Below are positions 19,647 through 28,306 of a DNA stretch of 64,000 bases, one piece after another. The position numbers and the translations under genes are program-made. The notes beneath the pieces were generated by a model that saw nothing but the letters and a program-made list of their open reading frames with translations, ran no database searches and was not told the DNA's origin. Source of the DNA: Myxococcota bacterium (lineage in GTDB: Bacteria; Myxococcota_A; Polyangia; Polyangiales; Houyiibacteriaceae); assembly GCA_039030295.1 (NCBI GenBank), contig JBCCEK010000002.1, positions 3,978 through 67,977 of the forward strand. The letters run 5' to 3'. Numbering within the stretch: the first letter of the stretch is position 1; every line of letters starts with the position of its first letter.

Positions 19647-19691
19647 TTTGGTTTTTCGGGGCTACTATGCCGACTCGCAAAGGTCTTGACC

Positions 19692-20771
19692 ATGCCTAGA
19701 AACGAACACGAGGATGCACACACGGGGCCGGGACAGAGCGATCGCCGACGCCTCCGCCTTGGAGTCCTCGGCGCTGCGCGAATCGCTCCGTTTGCGGTAC
19801 TTCGTCATGCGGAGAAGCTCGACGACGTGGCGGTCGTCGCCGTCGCAGAGGAGTACCACAGCGAGAAGCACCTGCGAAGCTACGCCAGCAAACATCGAAT
19901 CGCGCAAACATATCGCTCTTTTGACGCGCTCCTCTCGAGGCCCGACATCGACGCCGTCTACATCCCGCTGCCGATCGGCATGCACGCGGACTGGTGCATC
20001 AAGGCGATCGAAGCTGGGAAACACGTCCTGTGCGAGAAGCCGTTCGCCGCCAACGCCGATGAGGTCGAACGCGTGCTCCAGGCGGCGCGGACGACCGACC
20101 TCGTGGTCGCGGAGGCGATGCACTTTCGTTACCACCCACTGGTCGATCGTGTTCGCGACATCATTCGGAGCGGCGAGATCGGCGCGGTCCAACACGTCGA
20201 AGCCACGTTCTGCGCGTGGTGGCCCTTTACTGACTTCCGATTCGACTATGAGACCGGCGGCGGCTGTACGATCGACATGGGTTGCTACCCCATTGGCTTC
20301 ATTCGCGCGGTCACCGAAGAGGAGCCCGCGGTCACGAGCGCAACCGCCGGGCTTCACGGGACCCTGATCGATCGTTGGATGAGGGCGAAGATGCAGCTCC
20401 CTTCAGGCGGTGACGTTCAGCTTCTGGTCAGCATGCGCAGCCGGCACGTGTTCTCGCTATCGATCGAGATCCGCGGGTCTCGCGGGAGCATTCGCGTGTT
20501 CAACTACGTGAAACCCGAGGTCGGGCATCGCCTGAAGGTTCGAACCGATGCCGGTGTACGCCGAGAGCGCGTGCCGGGCGGGTCTACTTACGGGTCACAA
20601 CTGGCGAGTTTCGCCGAAGCCGTCCGGACGGGCACACCGCCCCTGACCACCGTCGCCGACTCACTCAAGAACATGCGCGTCGTCGACGCCGTGTACCGTG
20701 CCGCCAAGCTTCCCGTCCGCGGAGACGAGGCGGTGCTTGCAAGGCTGCGCGCCCAAAAAGGAAACTCGTGA
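19692..20771 (+). CDS. Gfo/Idh/MocA family oxidoreductase
   Basis: Start at MPRNEHED. LRLGVLGAARIA Rossmann motif and HVLCEKPFA motif. The upstream part of the 779-aa ORF is antisense to the MBL gene. Confidence 0.8.
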   Translation: MPRNEHEDAHTGPGQSDRRRLRLGVLGAARIAPFAVLRHAEKLDDVAVVAVAEEYHSEKHLRSYASKHRIAQTYRSFDALLSRPDIDAVYIPLPIGMHADWCIKAIEAGKHVLCEKPFAANADEVERVLQAARTTDLVVAEAMHFRYHPLVDRVRDIIRSGEIGAVQHVEATFCAWWPFTDFRFDYETGGGCTIDMGCYPIGFIRAVTEEEPAVTSATAGLHGTLIDRWMRAKMQLPSGGDVQLLVSMRSRHVFSLSIEIRGSRGSIRVFNYVKPEVGHRLKVRTDAGVRRERVPGGSTYGSQLASFAEAVRTGTPPLTTVADSLKNMRVVDAVYRAAKLPVRGDEAVLARLRAQKGNS

Positions 20772-21631
20772 ACACACCCGAACTCGCAGGAAAGAACGTC
20801 GTCGTCACCGGACCCACGAGCGGCATCGGCCGAGGCACCGCCCTCGCCTTGGCCGCTCGCGGCGCGCGGTTGATCCTCGTCGCAAGAAACTCGGACAAGT
20901 GCGCCGCGGTCGGACACGAGATCGAGCGAGCCGGCGGCCTTGCCCCGACTCCGGTCCTCGCGGACCTATCTCTCGTTTCCGAGGCGAAGCGGGCAGCGGA
21001 CGACATCCTCGCACTCGATCAGCCGATTCATGTGCTCGTCAACAATGCAGGGATCGTGAACCAGAAGCGAACCCTGACCCAAGAGGGCCTTGAGCAGACG
21101 ATGGCGGTGAACTACTTCGCGCCATTCGCGATGACCCTCAAGCTGCTCCCCAGTCTTCGTCGCGCCAAACACGCACGAATCGTCAACGTCACATCGAACA
21201 GCTACGCGATCGGGCGTCTCGACTTCGACGATCTCACCTTCGAACGGTTCCACTGGATGCTCGGGCCCTACGCCGCAAGCAAGCTCGGCAACATCTACTT
21301 CACGCGCGAGCTCGCACGTCGGCTCGAAGGAACCGGGATCACGGTCAACGCGGTGCACCCAGGCCTGATCTTCACCAACTTGGGGCTCGACAACGGCACC
21401 GGTCTTGCCAAGAAGATCCTGCCGCCGCTCTGGCGTCTCGTGGCGAAAGACGAGTCGGTAGGACACGAGGGGCCGGTCTACGCCGCCAGCTCTCCAGAAC
21501 TGGAGGGCGTGACCGGCCAGTACATCGCGGACTGCAAGGTGACCAGGCTCAAGCGGATCGCGCTTCGCAACGAGCCGGCCCGGCGTCTTTGGGGCATCAG
21601 CGAAACCACGACGGGGGTGGTCTATGAGTAG
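20768..21631 (+). CDS. SDR family oxidoreductase (retinol-dehydrogenase-like)
   Basis: VVVTGPTSGIGRG cofactor motif, NNAG, YAASKLGN catalytic YxxxK. Start overlaps the preceding stop (GTGA). Confidence 0.8.
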   Translation: MNTPELAGKNVVVTGPTSGIGRGTALALAARGARLILVARNSDKCAAVGHEIERAGGLAPTPVLADLSLVSEAKRAADDILALDQPIHVLVNNAGIVNQKRTLTQEGLEQTMAVNYFAPFAMTLKLLPSLRRAKHARIVNVTSNSYAIGRLDFDDLTFERFHWMLGPYAASKLGNIYFTRELARRLEGTGITVNAVHPGLIFTNLGLDNGTGLAKKILPPLWRLVAKDESVGHEGPVYAASSPELEGVTGQYIADCKVTRLKRIALRNEPARRLWGISETTTGVVYE

Positions 21632-21691
21632 TCGCCCCGCTACCGCTGTAGCGACGCGATTGGCGCTTCGCCATGCGCTCCCGCGTCACGC

Positions 21692-22594
21692 TCAGATCCC
21701 ACCTCCGTCGGAGAAGAGCCGCGGAGCGAGGGGATCCTGGGCGGCCCGACGCGTACTCCGTCCAGCGGCGATCCCGACGAGGAGCATCACCACCGCGAAC
21801 GCGGTTTGAGGAATCGTGCCCGGCAATGCTTCCCGCGCTGTATCCAGCCAAACGTCGGCCTCGACGACGAGGATGAAGGTCGCCATGATCAACACCAACG
21901 CGGCGAAGCCGCGACGCAGGGAGGTTGGGTCGACTCGCTGGGAGATTCGCGATCCAATGACCGAGCCGACGATCGCGATCGAGCCCACGGCAGCGACTAG
22001 GGGGTAGTCGACCCGTACGTGACTCACGTATCCGAGGAATCCGGCTCCGGTGTTGAGTACGATGACGAGCAGGGACGTTCCGACGGCAGTCCTCATCGTC
22101 AGGCCCGCCCAGAGAGTGAGGGCCGGAACGATCAAGAAGCCGCCCCCGGCACCTACGAGCCCGGTGAAACTGCCGACGACCAATCCCTGCAGGAGGAGCC
22201 TGCGGAAGGCATATGGACCCTGGGCCCCCGCCGTCCCGCTCCTCCGCCCCTGCCACATCGCCACCGCGGTCAGCACCATCATCGAAGCAAAGAGAAGCAG
22301 TAGAAGCGTGCCATCGACGAAAGCCCCAGCGCGTCCACCGAAGTACGCGCCCGTCATCCCGGCCGCGCTGAAGAGGGCACCGGCGCGAAGCTCGACGTTG
22401 CCCGCACGCCAATGGTGGAGCATCCCCGAGACGCTCGCTGCCCCGACGATGAGCAAGGAGCTCGCGATGGCCGTCTTGGGATCCAGCCCGAAGACATAAA
22501 CCAAGAGTGGAACCGTGAGGATGGAGCCTCCGCCCCCGAAGAACCCGAGCGACACTCCGATCAAAAGGCTCAGCGCCAGACCCAACAACACCAT
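21692..22594 (-). CDS. TauE/SafE family sulfite/anion exporter membrane protein
   Basis: 300 aa, polytopic. Duplicated GxxGGGGS-type motifs (GFFGGGGSILTVP, GLVGAGGGFLIVP). Confidence 0.75.
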   Translation of the reverse strand: MVLLGLALSLLIGVSLGFFGGGGSILTVPLLVYVFGLDPKTAIASSLLIVGAASVSGMLHHWRAGNVELRAGALFSAAGMTGAYFGGRAGAFVDGTLLLLLFASMMVLTAVAMWQGRRSGTAGAQGPYAFRRLLLQGLVVGSFTGLVGAGGGFLIVPALTLWAGLTMRTAVGTSLLVIVLNTGAGFLGYVSHVRVDYPLVAAVGSIAIVGSVIGSRISQRVDPTSLRRGFAALVLIMATFILVVEADVWLDTAREALPGTIPQTAFAVVMLLVGIAAGRSTRRAAQDPLAPRLFSDGGGI

Positions 22595-22905
22595 GCCACC
22601 AGCTTTCGGGCCGCGCTTTCACACGGCGACGACGTATCGTAGCGGGACGAGGCGCTGGACGCTCCCCCACTCTTCAGCGCAGTTCAGGCGAGTTCGAGCG
22701 CCGCGGGACGGCCCTCGCATTGCGTCGAGCGCGATGAGTAATCCGAAGACCCCTTCACTTCTGTGGGCTGTCCCACAGCAACCCGCATTTCCAGGGCGAA
22801 GCGAGCAAGAACGTTTGGAGGACCGCAGTCCCGGGACGAGAATTGGCAGAGACGCGTCGGTCGAACCTCCCCGGTTTGCCTGGTCGCCGAGGGAGGGGTG
22901 CGGTG

Positions 22906-23478
22906 ATGAGAAAGCTCATTGGGATCTTGGTCGGTTTGATGGCGTTGACCATCGGGTGCGGAGACGACACCCAGTTTGGCAGTGACCGCATGGGCGGAGC
23001 CGGAGGCGTGGCTGGTGGTGGTGGCGCACAGTGTGGCGGGGTAAGCGCCGAGGCGGCCGCGCTGGATACCGAAGAACAACGGTTCCTCGACCTTCTCAAC
23101 CAACACCGAGCGGCCAACGGAGTCGCCCCGGTCACGGCCTGCACGTCGATGAATCGGTCAGCGCAAGCTCACAGCGAGGACATGCGCGATCAAGACTACT
23201 TCGATCACACGGGTCTGAACGGGTCTAGTCCTAGCTCTCGTGCGTGCGAAGCCTGCTTCGACAGCTGCCAGTCGACCGGCTTCGGTGAGAACATCGCGGC
23301 CGGCAACGCGGACGCCGACGCCACGTTCCAGCAGTGGGTGAACTCTCCGGGCCACAACTCAAACATGCTCGGAGAGAACTATGTCGTTGTCGGGCTAGGC
23401 CGAGCCAGTGGCGGTGGTACATACGGAGTCTACTGGACGAACGTCTTTGCGACGGGCACCGACGCAAGTTGTAACTGA
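22906..23478 (+). CDS. CAP/SCP (PR-1, YkwD-like) domain lipoprotein
   Basis: MRKLIGILVGLMALTIGC lipobox, with GGGAGGGG upstream. CAP motifs AQAHSEDM, YFDHTG, GENIAAG, SPGHNSNML. Confidence 0.7.
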   Translation: MRKLIGILVGLMALTIGCGDDTQFGSDRMGGAGGVAGGGGAQCGGVSAEAAALDTEEQRFLDLLNQHRAANGVAPVTACTSMNRSAQAHSEDMRDQDYFDHTGLNGSSPSSRACEACFDSCQSTGFGENIAAGNADADATFQQWVNSPGHNSNMLGENYVVVGLGRASGGGTYGVYWTNVFATGTDASCN

Positions 23479-23590
23479 CTAGAACTGTTTCGCTTTCTAC
23501 ACGCGCTCGGCTGTGCGTGCCCTCGGGTCCGTCCTGCCGAGAAATCGTCCATCGTCGACGGTCTCCGTTAGGGTCCCCCGAGGAAACTCG

Positions 23591-24553
23591 ATGAAAGGGA
23601 GCCTGTTCATGTCAGATCGCCAAGCCCTCGGTCGCGGCCTACGCGCCGCCATGTGGACGACGATGGCCGTCGCCCTGAGCCTGCCCGGAAGGGCGTCCGC
23701 CCAGGAGGAGGCCATCCCGGACAGTGTGGCCACAGACGTCGAGGGCTCGAAGACCGAGTCAGCCGGTGAGGCAACCTTCGCGGCGCCGCCCGAGGAACTA
23801 CCCGAGGACGAAGAAGCGCTGAAGAAGGAGAAAGCCGACATCCACTGGAGCCTCAGTGCGGGCGGCTCGGTCAACACAGGTAACACCCAGTCGTGGAACC
23901 TCAGTGCCGGTTCCGACTTCGAGATGACCAAACTCGCCCACAGGCTCACGATGGAGTTGTTGTTCAACTTCGGACGCGCGAACCCTGTGCCTTCCGATCC
24001 GGAGAGCATCTACTCCACCGTGTCGAAGCAGCTGTTCTTCAACTCCCGCTACGACTACTTCTTCACCGACAAAGACGCGGTTTGGGCCTCGCTAGGCTAT
24101 CGCTGGGATCCGCTCGCTGGCTTCACCGCGCAGTTGCTCGCCAACGCCGGTTATCTCCGCGCGTTCATCAAGGAGGAAAACCACTACTTCGCAGGCCGAG
24201 TCGGCTATAGCTACACCTTCGAGAACTACGAGACGCCGCCCTCGACCCTCACCGAGAACTCGAACATCCACGGCTTGCTTGCCGCACTCGACTACGAAAA
24301 CCGGCTTAATGAGCACGTATCGTTTCTATCGAGCATCGTCACGATCTACAACTTGAACGAAATCGACGCTCAGATGGCCAAGCCCTTCAAAGACATCCGT
24401 ATCTACATGACCGCCGCGCTGCTCTCGCAGCTGACCGACAAGTTGGCGTTCGAAGCGCGGTTCCTGCTTCTCTACGACCGACTTCCTGCTGGACCTGAAC
24501 TCGTGAAGACCGATACCACGACCCTCTTCAGCTTCGTCTACACCTTGCGCTGA
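23591..24553 (+). CDS. DUF481-like outer-membrane beta-barrel protein
   Basis: Signal peptide ...MAVALSLPGRASAQE. Alternating-hydrophobic strand pattern. Ends in FSFVYTLR. Overall resemblance to the YdiY/DUF481 family, from memory. Confidence 0.5.
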   Translation: MKGSLFMSDRQALGRGLRAAMWTTMAVALSLPGRASAQEEAIPDSVATDVEGSKTESAGEATFAAPPEELPEDEEALKKEKADIHWSLSAGGSVNTGNTQSWNLSAGSDFEMTKLAHRLTMELLFNFGRANPVPSDPESIYSTVSKQLFFNSRYDYFFTDKDAVWASLGYRWDPLAGFTAQLLANAGYLRAFIKEENHYFAGRVGYSYTFENYETPPSTLTENSNIHGLLAALDYENRLNEHVSFLSSIVTIYNLNEIDAQMAKPFKDIRIYMTAALLSQLTDKLAFEARFLLLYDRLPAGPELVKTDTTTLFSFVYTLR

Positions 24554-24683
24554 CGAAAACCCTGCGTCCTACGACCTTGACTGCCGCAGGAACTGCGGAG
24601 AGGACGGGGAATGAGGCCCATCGCGACCAAGCGGGGCCAGCCGACCTGTAGAACGGACGACGGTTGGGATATAAGAGGATCCA

Positions 24684-25106
24684 ATGAAGCCGCTGGTCGT
24701 GGTCTGCACTGATTTCTCCGAGTGCTCCGAGGAGGCGCTGGTCCAAGCGGCCGATGTCGCGAAACGCGATGGCGCCCGGCTCCTCCTCTTGCACGTCTCG
24801 AGCCCACCAGGGCGACGAGAGAGCCAGGCTCGGGCCTGGGACGAGGAAGCGATGCACACACTTCGGTCCCAGCGTCGGAGGCACTTCGCGGATCTCTCGG
24901 ACAACGACGTCCAGTACGAGGCAATTCCGAGCAACGACGTCGCACAGGGAATCTGCGACGCAGCGCATCGCAACCGCGCGTCTCTGATCATGGTTGGATC
25001 GCACGGCCGTACCGGAGTCGTCCGTCAGCTCCTCGGAAGCGTGGCAGAGAACGTGGTACGACACGCCCAATGCAGCGTATTGGTCGTCCGCAAGTCGGCG
25101 TGGTGA
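24684..25106 (+). CDS. Universal stress protein (UspA family)
   Basis: 140 aa. MKPLVVVCTDFSE...LLLLHV...LIMVGSHGRTGVVRQLLGSVAENVVRHAQCSVLVV (ATP-binding G-x2-G-x9-GS motif). Confidence 0.85.
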   Translation: MKPLVVVCTDFSECSEEALVQAADVAKRDGARLLLLHVSSPPGRRESQARAWDEEAMHTLRSQRRRHFADLSDNDVQYEAIPSNDVAQGICDAAHRNRASLIMVGSHGRTGVVRQLLGSVAENVVRHAQCSVLVVRKSAW

Positions 25107-25207
25107 GCCTGCATCGCAACTCCGGTTCGAGCTTGCCAACAGAGGCCTCTGCGTCCACGCTTGGAGCGCTTCGCCTGCTCTGCTGGGGCGGCACCAAGGA
25201 GACCTAG

Positions 25208-27043
25208 ATGCGGAAGCAGCTCGGCCAGTGGCGTGCTCGCCGACGACTCCGTGACGACGTGGGTCTTTGGTACCATCCAGACTACAACGTCGAGGCGTTG
25301 GCCGAGACGGCTAGAACGCTGGGTCTCGACCCCCGTCGTAGCGAGAAGATCGCGGGCTGCGTGACGGGGCGGCTACGACTCCCACCAAGGGTCATTCGTC
25401 TGCCGCACGTCGCCACGGTCGCAGAGCTCGCAAGCGTTCATCCGCACCGCTACCTCGATCAAACGAACGAAGCCGCCTATCTCGGACGCGTCTTCGGGCT
25501 GCCCGAGGAAGACATCGACTCCGAACCGCTGATCTCGTCCCAGCGCCGTCAAGTCGGCGCAACGATCGAAGCCGCCCGGTGGGCGGTCGAGCAACGTGGG
25601 CGGGTGGGCTTTCACGCTGGGGGAGGCTTTCACCACGCCGAGCCCGAGGCTGGGATGGGTTTCTGCGTCTACAACGACGTCGCGGTGGCCATCGCACAGC
25701 TGCGATCTGCGTCCTTCGAAGAGCCAATCGCCATTGTCGACCTCGACTTTCATCAGGGAAACGGGAACATCATCGCCTTCGAGAAGGATGAAACCGTCTT
25801 GACGTTCTCGATTCACGGCTCTCAGTGGACCCACACGGAGGCCGTCGCCGACATCCAACACTTGCTTCCGTCGGGAACGAAGGATCGAGAGTACCTGGAC
25901 ACGCTGCGTGAGTCCCTGCCGGAGGCCTTGAGGTCCCACCGGCCTGCGCTCGTGTTCTACATCGCGGGCAATGACGTCTTGCGTGATGACGTCCTTGGTG
26001 AGTTCGAGCTCTCCGGTGAAGGACTCTTCGAACGTGACCGATGCGTCACGGAGGCCACCCGTAAGTGCAGCGCATCGCTCGTCGTGACGCTTGGCGGAGG
26101 ATACAGTCGCGACGCTTGGCGACCGTCCGCCGACTACCTCCATTGGTTGCTGACCGATGAGATGATCGTCTCGACCCCCGAACCCGAGAACCTTACCGTG
26201 CATTGCGCGCGCATTGCCGAGGCGCTGAGCCCGCTCGATCTCCAACGCGAGAGCGGCGACTTCAACCTGACCGAGGAAGACCTCATGGGAGATCTCGCGG
26301 GGCCAACACGCCAATCGCGAAGACTCCTGGACTACTATACTTCTCACGGGGTCGAGTTCGTGCTCGAAGAGTACGGGCTCATGGACGAGCTCCGTCAGCT
26401 GGGCTTCGAGGACCTACGGCTGAGCATGGATCCGTCAGACCCTCAGCGGCAACGCGTGTCGATGCACGGTCGCAAGGACGGCGAAGAGCACCTTCTCGTC
26501 GAGCTTCTGGTCGGCCTGGCAAGCCGGAATGCGCCCGAAGGCCTCGAGCCGAACGAAGACCTCAGGTTTCTTTCGATCGAATGGATGATGCTCCAGAACC
26601 CAACCGAGTCGTTCTCGCTAAGACGCCCGCAGCTGCCGGGTCAAACGCATCCGGGGCTCGGGGTCGGCGAGCGTCTCATGAACATGCTGCTCCAGGCGGC
26701 GAGACGCCTGGGGCTCGACGGCATCTCGCACAACCCGTCGCGCTATCACATCGCATTCATCGGGGCGAGTCAGTTCATCTTCCTAGACCCCGTGCTTCAG
26801 GGTCGTTTCGAGGCGCTCCGCGCCGTGCTTGGCGACATGGACCTAGCGGAAGCTGCTTGGATGGTAGAGCGCGGTCAGGTCGTCGACGGAGACGGTCATG
26901 CCATCGAGTGGGACCCTGAGGTCTGTGTCGTCCCGGTCAGCGATCGCATGTTCCAGTACCTCACGAGCGCCGCGTACCAGGAATCGAGGGCAGCGGCGCG
27001 AAAGGCAGCAGAGGCGCAAGGAATCAAGACCGCGACCGTGTAG
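25208..27043 (+). CDS. Histone-deacetylase-family (arginase-fold) deacetylase fused to an uncharacterised ~280-aa C-terminal domain
   Basis: N-terminal half has GGGFHHAEP, Zn ligands in VDLDFHQGNG and IAGNDVLRDDVLG, and catalytic-Tyr motif LGGGYS. The C-terminal half (from about nt 26200) has no motif I can name with confidence. Confidence 0.8.
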   Translation: MRKQLGQWRARRRLRDDVGLWYHPDYNVEALAETARTLGLDPRRSEKIAGCVTGRLRLPPRVIRLPHVATVAELASVHPHRYLDQTNEAAYLGRVFGLPEEDIDSEPLISSQRRQVGATIEAARWAVEQRGRVGFHAGGGFHHAEPEAGMGFCVYNDVAVAIAQLRSASFEEPIAIVDLDFHQGNGNIIAFEKDETVLTFSIHGSQWTHTEAVADIQHLLPSGTKDREYLDTLRESLPEALRSHRPALVFYIAGNDVLRDDVLGEFELSGEGLFERDRCVTEATRKCSASLVVTLGGGYSRDAWRPSADYLHWLLTDEMIVSTPEPENLTVHCARIAEALSPLDLQRESGDFNLTEEDLMGDLAGPTRQSRRLLDYYTSHGVEFVLEEYGLMDELRQLGFEDLRLSMDPSDPQRQRVSMHGRKDGEEHLLVELLVGLASRNAPEGLEPNEDLRFLSIEWMMLQNPTESFSLRRPQLPGQTHPGLGVGERLMNMLLQAARRLGLDGISHNPSRYHIAFIGASQFIFLDPVLQGRFEALRAVLGDMDLAEAAWMVERGQVVDGDGHAIEWDPEVCVVPVSDRMFQYLTSAAYQESRAAARKAAEAQGIKTATV

Positions 27044-27080
27044 ACGCTCTCACGAATGGCTCGTCGTTCGCGCCACGCAG

Positions 27081-28292
27081 CTATCGGCGCGTGCGGACCG
27101 TGACGCCATCGCGGACACTGTCGCTCGGATAGGCGATCACCCGTTCGCCCTCCTCTAGCCCAGAGAGCACTTGGGTGTCGAGACCGTTCGTCTGCCCCAA
27201 CTCCACCTCGCGAAGGGAAGCCTCGCCGTCTTCGACCGCGAAGGTGCCCCAACCCTCGCCGACGCGAAAGACTGAGCTTGCCGGCACGTGAAGGACGTCC
27301 TCGCCCTCCCACACCGAGATCCGAGACTCGACACGATAGCCGTCGCCTAGGCTCGCCCAAACTTCACGTGGCTCATCGAGGTCGATGATCACGTTCACTC
27401 TTTGCTCCTCGACACCGAGTGCCGAGAGCTTGGTGAAAGCCGACGGTTCGATGTTGCGGACGTGGGCCCGAAGCGGCTTATTGCCACCCCAGCGAACGAT
27501 CTCGGCCGGCGCGCCGGGTCGAATTCGAGTCGCGTCCTGGCTTAGCACGTCGATGACGATCTCGAGCGCCGCCGGATCCCCAACCTCGATGATCGGGCTT
27601 CCAGCTTGGACGACCCCTTCGCTCTCCTGAAGCACCTTCAAGACCTGACCCTCTACCGGAGACAGAATCTCGAGCTGCTCGCTTGCATCGCCCGTCCCGC
27701 TGAGCCTGAGGAGCGCCGACTGCGCGAGCTTGAGCTCGTGCTCCGCGACTCGACCCCCGAAGTTGGCCGAGCGAAGATCTTCTTTAGCCCTTCGCTCCTC
27801 GGCCTCGGCACGCTCCGCATCGCTGATCGCCATCCCGCCCTGCCCGACGACGGCCCGGGCACGCGCCGCCTCTTTCTCCGCGAAATCGAACGCTGCCCGT
27901 GACCGGTTGATCGCTGCTTGCGCCTGACGTCTCGCCGCCAGCGCGGCGTCGACCCTTGCCTGGGACTCGGCCTTCGTTCGTTCATTCAGCAGAGGAGGCG
28001 GCAGAGGCACCAACCTGGCAAGGACTTCATCCGCTTCGATGTCGTCTCCAGCGTCGAGCTCGATTCGGCCGAGGTTGCCGGCGAGAGGCGCCGAAATCTG
28101 GTAGCGATCGATGACGCGGGTCCGGCCGTCTTCGTTCACCGTGACTACGAGGCGGCCTTTCGTCGCACCGACGATCTCCACGTCGACTGGTTTCGGTCGC
28201 CACGCAACCACCCCGGCGGTCAGGACGAGGCCTGCCGCTAAGCCAATGACGACCCAACGGATCCAGCGGCGTCGTTTCGAGGTATTGCTCAT
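27081..28292 (-). CDS. Efflux periplasmic adaptor (HlyD/MacA/RND-MFP family)
   Basis: N-terminal TM, lipoyl-like hairpin halves (ISAPLAGNLGRIELDAGD ... ILSPVEGQVLKV), long Ala/Arg coiled-coil. Last gene of the ABC operon. Confidence 0.8.
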   Translation of the reverse strand: MSNTSKRRRWIRWVVIGLAAGLVLTAGVVAWRPKPVDVEIVGATKGRLVVTVNEDGRTRVIDRYQISAPLAGNLGRIELDAGDDIEADEVLARLVPLPPPLLNERTKAESQARVDAALAARRQAQAAINRSRAAFDFAEKEAARARAVVGQGGMAISDAERAEAEERRAKEDLRSANFGGRVAEHELKLAQSALLRLSGTGDASEQLEILSPVEGQVLKVLQESEGVVQAGSPIIEVGDPAALEIVIDVLSQDATRIRPGAPAEIVRWGGNKPLRAHVRNIEPSAFTKLSALGVEEQRVNVIIDLDEPREVWASLGDGYRVESRISVWEGEDVLHVPASSVFRVGEGWGTFAVEDGEASLREVELGQTNGLDTQVLSGLEEGERVIAYPSDSVRDGVTVRTRR

Positions 28293-28306
28293 CTTCGCAC
28301 CACTCC

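Noticed and set aside
18432-19691. 5' part of the 779-aa plus-strand ORF 18432..20771
   Set aside because: Entirely antisense to the MBL-fold gene. The Gfo/Idh/MocA Rossmann motif lies just after the ATG at 19692, so only 19692..20771 was called.
21597-22670. 357-aa minus-strand ORF overlapping the TauE gene in another frame
   Set aside because: Arg-rich with no motifs. The alternative frame (21692..22594) gives a clean polytopic TauE/SafE protein.
22761-22778. Inverted repeat ctgtggg-ctgt-cccacag in the 311-nt gap between the TauE and CAP-domain genes
   Set aside because: A perfect 7-bp stem, but with no T-tract, no second copy in the window and no recognisable riboswitch or sRNA context. 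I could not support a function.
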